Source of the DNA: a phage
Length of the DNA: 64,000 bases
Sequence record: PZ445435.1
Reading direction: 5' to 3' (one strand)
This document shows positions 58,091 to 64,000 of this stretch, piece by piece. The notes beneath the pieces are model-generated. The model ran no database searches and had not been told where the DNA came from. It worked only from the letters and a program-made list of their open reading frames with translations. Each line of letters begins with the position of its first letter. Position 1 is the stretch's first letter. The position numbers and the translations under genes are program-made.

Positions 58091-58617
58091 TATGCGAGTA
58101 CCGTCTTTAACCGTTCTTCAAACTTCCGAAGAGTATTCTGGCGTTCAGCTCTTTGCTTTTTATAAGTTTCAATACGCTCTGAAATGAGAGTGTATCGTTC
58201 ATTTACTGATTCTTTCATAAAATCAGGAATTTCACGAGAAGCTTTAATCTCGTCAAATTTATCAATAACAGCTTGCTCTTCAGCAATTAAGTTATCATAC
58301 ATCAAAATATCTTTCTTGATGAACTCAATATCTTCTTGAGTTACACGAGATAATTTAGATGCTTTATCCTTTTTGTACTGTTCATTAGTATCACGAGACC
58401 AGTGTAATGTACGATTTTTATTCGTATTCTTGTAAATTTCTACAATACCAATCTCATCGATAATAACGATCCAATTCCAACGAGATTTGTAAATTTGTCC
58501 TCCGTCAACCGTGATTTCACCTCCGATTGAGATGTCATTAAAGAACTTGCTTTGTGCTTCAGATTTAAATTTACCATCGTTGTAATTTACCAGGTTGAAA
58601 ATATCTTTAGCGTTCAT
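58090..58617 (-). CDS. hypothetical protein
   Basis: Start refined to MNAKDIFNLV (175 aa). Confidence 0.5.
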   Translation of the reverse strand: MNAKDIFNLVNYNDGKFKSEAQSKFFNDISIGGEITVDGGQIYKSRWNWIVIIDEIGIVEIYKNTNKNRTLHWSRDTNEQYKKDKASKLSRVTQEDIEFIKKDILMYDNLIAEEQAVIDKFDEIKASREIPDFMKESVNERYTLISERIETYKKQRAERQNTLRKFEERLKTVLA

Positions 58618-58644
58618 TTTGTGTTCCTCCGTAGTTGATAGTTG

Positions 58645-58675
58645 TATAGTACCACAGAGGAACGGTCTTGTAAAC
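58645..58675 (-). promoter_or_regulatory. early promoter
   Basis: Repeated element; GTTTACA-17-TACTATA. Confidence 0.55.
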
Positions 58676-58677
58676 AA

Positions 58678-58992
58678 CTAAAAGAAACTTCTTTCACAAT
58701 TTTTTCCACTGAACCACGCACTCACTGCTTTCTTAGTCTCAGGAGCAGTGTTATCCATAAACCATTCAAAGGCAGCCTTTTTATGATTCTGGAGGGCTTC
58801 TCGGGCTTTAATCTGCTCACGGTCTATTAACACTAACATATGAGCCTTTCTTGCCACCAGGGGCTTCTTATGATTTTTTGAATACTCCCAATCATTTGTC
58901 CATCGCATCGTTGTTGCGAACTGAAATACTGCTTCTTTAATTTTAGTTTCGTAAATTTCACGAGCCTTTGAGTATAACATCATTACCTCCAT
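58678..58992 (-). CDS. hypothetical protein
   Basis: 104-aa ORF. Confidence 0.5.
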   Translation of the reverse strand: MEVMMLYSKAREIYETKIKEAVFQFATTMRWTNDWEYSKNHKKPLVARKAHMLVLIDREQIKAREALQNHKKAAFEWFMDNTAPETKKAVSAWFSGKNCERSFF

Positions 58993-59081
58993 TTACCAGT
59001 TTAATTCTAGTCATCTTTTTGATGGCAGTCCATATAATCTATTTCTGAACTGCCTTTTTATCTTAGAAGGCCTCTTATGAA

Positions 59082-60050
59082 TTATTTCAGAAGAGTAACC
59101 TCAGCGATTTCTTCCCAACCGTTTTTGTCGGTCATAATAAAGTCAGCAAGATAAAGAGCAGTACGCAGTGAAACATTGCGTAAACGATTAACATTGACTT
59201 TCATCCATGATAATGCTTTATAAGTTTCTTCATCAGAAAGACCGCGCTTTTGCATCATGTCAGTTGAAAGAATAACATCTTCAACCCTGACCATAATTTC
59301 TTCATTAGTGTGAACACCCAAATCCAAATAAACTGAGCGGGAAACTAATGCTTGTAAATGTGGAGCAAGTTTAGTACCACGATCTAATTCGCGGTCAATA
59401 TCAACGTTTGTGATAAAAACAATCGTTCCTTTAAATTCAAACTCACGCTCAATGCCTTTTTCTTCTAAGTAAGAAGATGCAGTGCTCCAGCAGACTTTAC
59501 GGGTCTCTCCAGTGTCCAGAGCAGCTTTTAGAAGATTAAGAATGTCCATATCAGAGAAAACATCCACATCATCAATCAAAAGGACAGAATTCTCTTCACG
59601 ATTATTCCAAAGCTGTTCATAAAGACCGATACCGGAGATTTTACCGTTAATGCTTTTATATTCAATGTATCCAATATCATTTGCTTTATTTAAAGCTTTA
59701 TCTAAAGAATACGTTTTACCAATACCTGCCGCACCAGAGATAATTAATGAACGAATGTTTCCGTTAATAATACCATTCGTCATCATTCCCATAACATTAA
59801 ATCTTTTATTAATGCGGGTTTTCATATCTTCATACGATTCTTTAACTTCTTCAACTTTTACACCATCATATGAAATGTCTGATTTGTAAACCCAAACACC
59901 GCGACGTTTACCGTCAATTTCAACAAAAACTTTACCATCTCCTTGTGCATCTACCGGAGCATTATCTGGGAACCATTCGCCTAAGAGCTCAAAAGTTCCA
60001 GAGATTTCTTTACCGAAGTAGATACCCTTATTGATAGTTACAGTTTTCAT
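59082..60050 (-). CDS. P-loop NTPase of unknown function
   Basis: Start refined to MKTVTINKGIYFG (322 aa); Walker A GAAGIGKT, Walker B VLLIDDVD. Confidence 0.6.
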   Translation of the reverse strand: MKTVTINKGIYFGKEISGTFELLGEWFPDNAPVDAQGDGKVFVEIDGKRRGVWVYKSDISYDGVKVEEVKESYEDMKTRINKRFNVMGMMTNGIINGNIRSLIISGAAGIGKTYSLDKALNKANDIGYIEYKSINGKISGIGLYEQLWNNREENSVLLIDDVDVFSDMDILNLLKAALDTGETRKVCWSTASSYLEEKGIEREFEFKGTIVFITNVDIDRELDRGTKLAPHLQALVSRSVYLDLGVHTNEEIMVRVEDVILSTDMMQKRGLSDEETYKALSWMKVNVNRLRNVSLRTALYLADFIMTDKNGWEEIAEVTLLK

Positions 60051-60083
60051 TTTATTCTCCAAATCCGTATCAGTTGATAGTTG

Positions 60084-60114
60084 TATAGTACCATAAAGCT
60101 TTATGCTTGTAAAC
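60084..60114 (-). promoter_or_regulatory. early promoter for the P-loop NTPase gene
   Basis: Repeated element; GTTTACA...TACTATA. Confidence 0.55.
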
Positions 60115-60145
60115 AACTTTGTGAAAAATTTTTGAAATAAAAAAA

Positions 60146-60163
60146 GGGAGCCCGAAGGCTCCC
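60146..60163 (-). terminator. UUCG-loop hairpin after the nucleotidyltransferase gene
   Basis: gggagcc-cgaa-ggctccc. Confidence 0.5.
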
Positions 60164-60165
60164 TA

Positions 60166-61179
60166 TCATTTATAATAACTTCGGTGGTTTTCAAGATAAA
60201 CCTGTTCGAGGAAATTATTCCAAAAGCTCATATCTACTGTTTTAGGCATACCATTCTTAGAAGCTTCAGTAGATGCTGCTTCTACTTGATCGACCACATC
60301 TTCCAAAAACTCTTGAACCGTTTTAAATGGATGTTTACCCAACTTCACGTCGAGAATAAATGGAGCGTCTTGAAGTGGATAAACCAAGTCACCAGTTTTG
60401 TAAATTTCCAATAGTTGAAGTCCACCACGACAAGCATGGCTCAGAGCTTTCCAGTCAATGCCTTCATTGGCTTCGGCCTTTCGAGCGCGTTCACCATATT
60501 CAGCATCTAATTTGTTCAGTGACTGCTTAAGCTCAATAAGAGAAAGCGTTGTCTGATATTTACGACCCAACACTGTGTAAAACGTCTGTGGGCCTGTTTT
60601 CTCATGATTATGGAACACCCATTCACAGAATTCGTTTTCTGGAAGACGATGCTTAATATCTTCAACTTTAGTACGACGCTGCTTAATGGAACCGTCTTCT
60701 TGGTAATCAACCCATTGCTCAGGGATTTGATTAACTACTTTCAATACATCACGTAATGCAGCCAAACGAGAACCCTTGACACCGTATTTAGAAGCTTGCT
60801 TGCGGACATATCCTAAATAGGATTTCATGTTAGTCGTATAAAAACGAGAACGGTTGTCTTGAATAAACTTCCACACATCAGGCAAATCTGATTTAACTAC
60901 TAGCTCAGGTGGAGTGTGAAGCATATCCAATGCTACGGTTTCACCATCTGCTGCTAATTTAAAGAAATATTTAAGACTGTATAGTTCATGGTCAATATCA
61001 TCTTTAGTGTTTTTAGATGATGTATTGTTAGTATTTTTACTCATGTGCTCTTTGACATTTCCGATAAGAATATCGCGAGCAGGAGGAACAAAAATTTCTT
61101 TAAAATCTACATCAGATTCTGGGGTAGAAGTTCCATAAAGATGACTACCAAAATAGCTTTTCATTACTGTTTTCATCAT
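60166..61179 (-). CDS. nucleotidyltransferase-fold protein (Pol-beta superfamily)
   Basis: 337 aa; N-terminal motif YFGSHLYGTSTPESDVDF (GS...SDxD) and downstream VALDMLH. Confidence 0.6.
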   Translation of the reverse strand: MMKTVMKSYFGSHLYGTSTPESDVDFKEIFVPPARDILIGNVKEHMSKNTNNTSSKNTKDDIDHELYSLKYFFKLAADGETVALDMLHTPPELVVKSDLPDVWKFIQDNRSRFYTTNMKSYLGYVRKQASKYGVKGSRLAALRDVLKVVNQIPEQWVDYQEDGSIKQRRTKVEDIKHRLPENEFCEWVFHNHEKTGPQTFYTVLGRKYQTTLSLIELKQSLNKLDAEYGERARKAEANEGIDWKALSHACRGGLQLLEIYKTGDLVYPLQDAPFILDVKLGKHPFKTVQEFLEDVVDQVEAASTEASKNGMPKTVDMSFWNNFLEQVYLENHRSYYK

Positions 61180-61637
61180 TCAGCCTTATATTCAATAACA
61201 GGACATACTTTAGCTTTACGAGCTTTTAAAAATTCGACGATAATCGATTTCTTGGGTTGAATAGGAGGTAAACCTTTATACGCTCTATCAATATTTTCTA
61301 CGTGTAAAGCATAATCCTTTTTCCATTTATAATCTTTATATTTTTCACGCAAATGTGCAGGAATAACAAATGAACCGATAATAAGTAAAACAACCAAAAG
61401 TGCAAGTATAAATGCCGATGGAAGAAGAGTCCATAAACTACCGAAAATAAGCCAACGTTGTAGGCTTTCTGCACAAATAATTGTTAACCCTACGAGTATA
61501 GCACACCCAAAAATAGAAACGAAAAATGTAGGAATGGCAATAGACCAAAAATATGCGCATAATGTCTTAGGTCGTTGCCATTCATCGTTAAACAATTTGA
61601 ATAATTTATAGTGCCAAGAGTTTTCATTAATAATCAT
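61176..61637 (-). CDS. membrane protein coupled to the nucleotidyltransferase
   Basis: 153 aa; two long hydrophobic helices; 4-nt overlap with NTase start. Confidence 0.55.
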   Translation of the reverse strand: MIINENSWHYKLFKLFNDEWQRPKTLCAYFWSIAIPTFFVSIFGCAILVGLTIICAESLQRWLIFGSLWTLLPSAFILALLVVLLIIGSFVIPAHLREKYKDYKWKKDYALHVENIDRAYKGLPPIQPKKSIIVEFLKARKAKVCPVIEYKAE

Positions 61638-61639
61638 AA

Positions 61640-62161
61640 TTATCCTTTCATTGAAGGTGTAATGGTTGTTAAATACTTAATCATAGCTTCAGCTTCTGAT
61701 TTTGATAATGAAATTTCTCCATTGTTTTGACGAATAGAAATAAAATCCGGATGACGGTCACCACCAGCTTTTAAAACACACATATAAGTATCAACTTCAC
61801 CTTCAATATTTGAAATGATTGAAGCAGTTCCACATGAATGTGGTTTTTGATAAATCAATGCAGCTTTTCTTCCACCATTTGACTGTTCATAGGCTTTTAA
61901 TACATCAAACAAATCAGTTCTTTTATCAATAGCTAAAATGTTATTTTCATCTTCAATGTTAAATCCTTCGGATACTTCATAAAGCGTTACCCATAAATCA
62001 CCGATGTCAATAACAGCATTTACTTTTCCACGGCTTTCAAGAGTATGACAAATTTTCTTGATTTCGTCATAACTCATTTTAATAATATCATCTCCTTGAC
62101 TAAGGAAGATGTCATTTTTAAATTCAACACGAATTAAACCACTTTCACTTGAAATAAACAT
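61640..62161 (-). CDS. hypothetical protein (paralog pair, member 1)
   Basis: 173 aa; C-terminus SKSEAEAMIKYLTTITPSMKG. Confidence 0.55.
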   Translation of the reverse strand: MFISSESGLIRVEFKNDIFLSQGDDIIKMSYDEIKKICHTLESRGKVNAVIDIGDLWVTLYEVSEGFNIEDENNILAIDKRTDLFDVLKAYEQSNGGRKAALIYQKPHSCGTASIISNIEGEVDTYMCVLKAGGDRHPDFISIRQNNGEISLSKSEAEAMIKYLTTITPSMKG

Positions 62162-62167
62162 ATTTCC

Positions 62168-62713
62168 TCACTTTGAAATCATAGTTGGAATAACAGAATC
62201 AAGATAAGTCTTTAGTGCAATAGCTTCGTCTTTGGTAAATGTGACAATATGTGCTCGAAAATCATCAATTTGACGAATAGTTAAGACATCTCCATCTTCA
62301 TAACATTTTGATACGTTTAAAACAGTTTCATCATTCTGATTGCAAGCGTTAGTAATAATAGCATTGCAATTTTTAAACCATTTTAAACTATGTTTTCTTT
62401 CATTAGAATAATAAAAATATTTAATCTTATCTATAAAACTATCCCAATGGATAACTGATAAGCATATTGACTCGCTTTCAATATTAAATCCTGGGCATGA
62501 AGAATAAAAATGAATTTTATGCTCATCATTAATGCTTACAATTTTATCAGTATAAGGATTTTCAATTTTGGTTAAATGAATGATTTCACTAGGCGTAAAA
62601 TACAGCATATCGTCTTCTTGTGTCAAACGATACATATTATTTACTTTTTCTATAGCCAATTCACCAAAAAGTGAACTAACTTCTAATACTAATCGTTTCG
62701 CCGCTACCGTCAT
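62168..62713 (-). CDS. hypothetical protein (paralog pair, member 2)
   Basis: 181 aa; C-terminus TKDEAIALKTYLDSVIPTMISK. Confidence 0.55.
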   Translation of the reverse strand: MTVAAKRLVLEVSSLFGELAIEKVNNMYRLTQEDDMLYFTPSEIIHLTKIENPYTDKIVSINDEHKIHFYSSCPGFNIESESICLSVIHWDSFIDKIKYFYYSNERKHSLKWFKNCNAIITNACNQNDETVLNVSKCYEDGDVLTIRQIDDFRAHIVTFTKDEAIALKTYLDSVIPTMISK

Positions 62714-62845
62714 TACATACTCCTCTGAATCATATCAATAATGTTGTTCACCAGATTATAAGTAAACATTGGGTAATTATATTGAATCACCACATACACA
62801 ACAAACAAAACTTTCATTCTCTTCTCCTTGGCAGTTGACAAGATT

Positions 62846-62875
62846 ACTATACCATAACCTTGCCAACTTGTAAAC
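62846..62875 (-). promoter_or_regulatory. early promoter heading the paralog-pair / membrane / NTase operon
   Basis: Minus strand GTTTACA-17-TATAGT. Confidence 0.5.
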
Positions 62876-63040
62876 CATTAAATGACGTTTTCGATAAAAT
62901 TCTGAAGCTTTGTATGAGCATCAACCATGATTTTCATTTCTTCCTTTGCGAAAGCTGTACCTCTTTCACGAGAAGAACATTCATAGTCAGAAACTGCATT
63001 AGCATATTCTTCAATTAGCTTCATTAAAAACATCTGCTTT

Positions 63041-63235
63041 TCAGTTTTCATTATTCCACCTAATCATTTCAAGATATTGAACTAACTTAGCTTTGGATTT
63101 ATCCAAATCCTTTTTAGCTGCTTCTATACCGTCGTATGAATATCCTTCACAATGCTCAACTGCTAATTGATATGAATCTATTTCAATATCACGTGCTAAT
63201 TTAATGATTTTTTCAAACTGTTCGCGTGTTAGCAT
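63041..63235 (-). CDS. hypothetical protein
   Basis: 64-aa ORF. Confidence 0.45.
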   Translation of the reverse strand: MLTREQFEKIIKLARDIEIDSYQLAVEHCEGYSYDGIEAAKKDLDKSKAKLVQYLEMIRWNNEN

Positions 63236-63237
63236 AC

Positions 63238-63477
63238 TTAAACTCTCGTATTATGATCGATAATTTCATCAAGAAACATATCTAACGCTTCTACAGCATT
63301 ATTAACTTTATCTTCAAGTTCTTCAATACTTTTATTTGCAATGCCTGACGAAAACCAAGCAAAGTCACTAAGTTCCTCATCTGCTTTACGAATTAAAGCT
63401 ACCAATTCCTTAATTTTATCCGCTTGTTCGATACTAATCATTATTCCACCACATATGAAAGAGAGAATATTGCACAC
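63238..63477 (-). CDS. hypothetical protein
   Basis: 79-aa ORF. Confidence 0.45.
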   Translation of the reverse strand: MCNILSFICGGIMISIEQADKIKELVALIRKADEELSDFAWFSSGIANKSIEELEDKVNNAVEALDMFLDEIIDHNTRV

Positions 63478-63629
63478 GCCATGTGAGTTGCAACTTCATC
63501 ACACATATTATAACGTTTCTTAAGAAATTCTACAAGTTCTTCACTAGTAACTTCATCCATGTCGACGAAAAAATCACCATTAATGATGACGTAGATATTT
63601 CCTTCTTGATTAAGTGCTTCAATTTTCAT
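63441..63629 (-). CDS. hypothetical protein
   Basis: Start refined to [10 protein letters not shown] (62 aa) downstream of early promoter. Confidence 0.45.
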   Translation of the reverse strand: MKIEALNQEGNIYVIINGDFFVDMDEVTSEELVEFLKKRYNMCDEVATHMACAIFSLSYVVE

Positions 63630-63656
63630 GATGTTCTCCTCTTTATCCGATAGTTG

Positions 63657-63687
63657 TATAGTACCACAGCTCAAACGGAAAGTAAAC
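63657..63687 (-). promoter_or_regulatory. early promoter
   Basis: GTTTAC...TACTATA. Confidence 0.5.
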
Positions 63688-63702
63688 CGGTAAAATGAAA
63701 AA

Positions 63703-63720
63703 AGTCTCCCGAAGGAGACT
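63703..63720 (-). terminator. UUCG-loop hairpin
   Basis: agtctcc-cgaa-ggagact. Confidence 0.5.
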
Positions 63721-63724
63721 AATG

Positions 63725-63958
63725 TTATTCGAGGGAAAGAAGATACTTACTCTGGTAAAACATTCCAGTAATATCATCTATCGTGCTTTGGATGGCTGGA
63801 GGCATTTCTTTATAAATGCTGTTAGATTGGTCTAGTATGCGATCAATCATTTTAATTGTGTCGGTAGGAAGTTTACTGGCATCTGGAATTGAAGGTGTGT
63901 ATTTTCTACCAGAATACCCCAAATATTGCTCACCAAATTTATCAATCAAATCTGGCAA
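63725..63958 (-). CDS. hypothetical protein
   Basis: 77-aa ORF; a further minus-strand ORF appears to run off the window end. Confidence 0.45.
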   Translation of the reverse strand: MPDLIDKFGEQYLGYSGRKYTPSIPDASKLPTDTIKMIDRILDQSNSIYKEMPPAIQSTIDDITGMFYQSKYLLSLE

Positions 63959-64000
63959 CTCGGAGAAAATAAAATCGTATGCTTTGTGTCTAGCATAACT

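Noticed and set aside
3121-63700. About 20 copies of a 40-50 nt near-identical repeat (…gtagttgatagttgtatagtaccacag…gtaaac…) that could be mistaken for a CRISPR array or mobile-element ends
   Set aside because: Copies are dispersed at irregular gene-sized intervals, always intergenic, and read on the minus strand as A-rich UP element, GTTTAC -35, 17-nt spacer, TGGTA(C/T)TAT -10, the T4 early promoter consensus; no spacer-repeat periodicity
1-64000. Search for tRNA genes, rRNA, integrase/transposase or attachment sites
   Set aside because: No cloverleaf-compatible GC-rich 70-90 nt blocks, no recombinase-like ORFs; the T-even tRNA cluster lies elsewhere in the genome

Overview
This window is a contiguous segment of a T-even (T4-like, Tequatrovirus-type) myovirus genome, called from protein sequences recognisable by eye; no database search was possible. 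Nearly all genes lie on the minus strand in the classical early/middle-gene order: (holin t, plus strand, partial) asiA, arn, motA, 52, ac/stp, ndd, denB, rIIB, rIIA, 39, motB, dexA, dda, srd, modA, modB, soc, 56, 61, sp, dmd, 41, 40, uvsX, a glycosyltransferase, 42, imm, 43, regA, 62, 44, 45, rpbA, 46, 47, alpha-gt, 55, nrdH, nrdG, nrdD, 49, pin, nrdC, then a variable accessory cluster at about 53.6-64 kb. Intergenic spaces carry a repeated ~45-nt element that reads on the minus strand as the T4 early-promoter consensus, several MotA-box middle promoters, one TATAAATA late promoter before soc, and many GC-rich hairpins with UUCG-type loops. Departures from reference T4 (from memory): gene 39 is a single 606-aa ORF, nrdD is uninterrupted, no homing-endonuclease genes are seen, dam is absent between 56 and 61 and replaced by a small plus-strand membrane ORF, and the beta-gt position holds a different 282-aa glycosyltransferase. 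stp and ac each appear broken by a single-nucleotide indel. The best candidates for an undescribed system are in the accessory cluster: four tandem paralogs with coiled-coil tails (53657-57640), a stand-alone P-loop ATPase (59082-60050), and a nucleotidyltransferase-fold gene in an operon with a membrane protein and a paralog pair (60166-62713). Promoter and hairpin coordinates are hand-derived and approximate to a few nucleotides.
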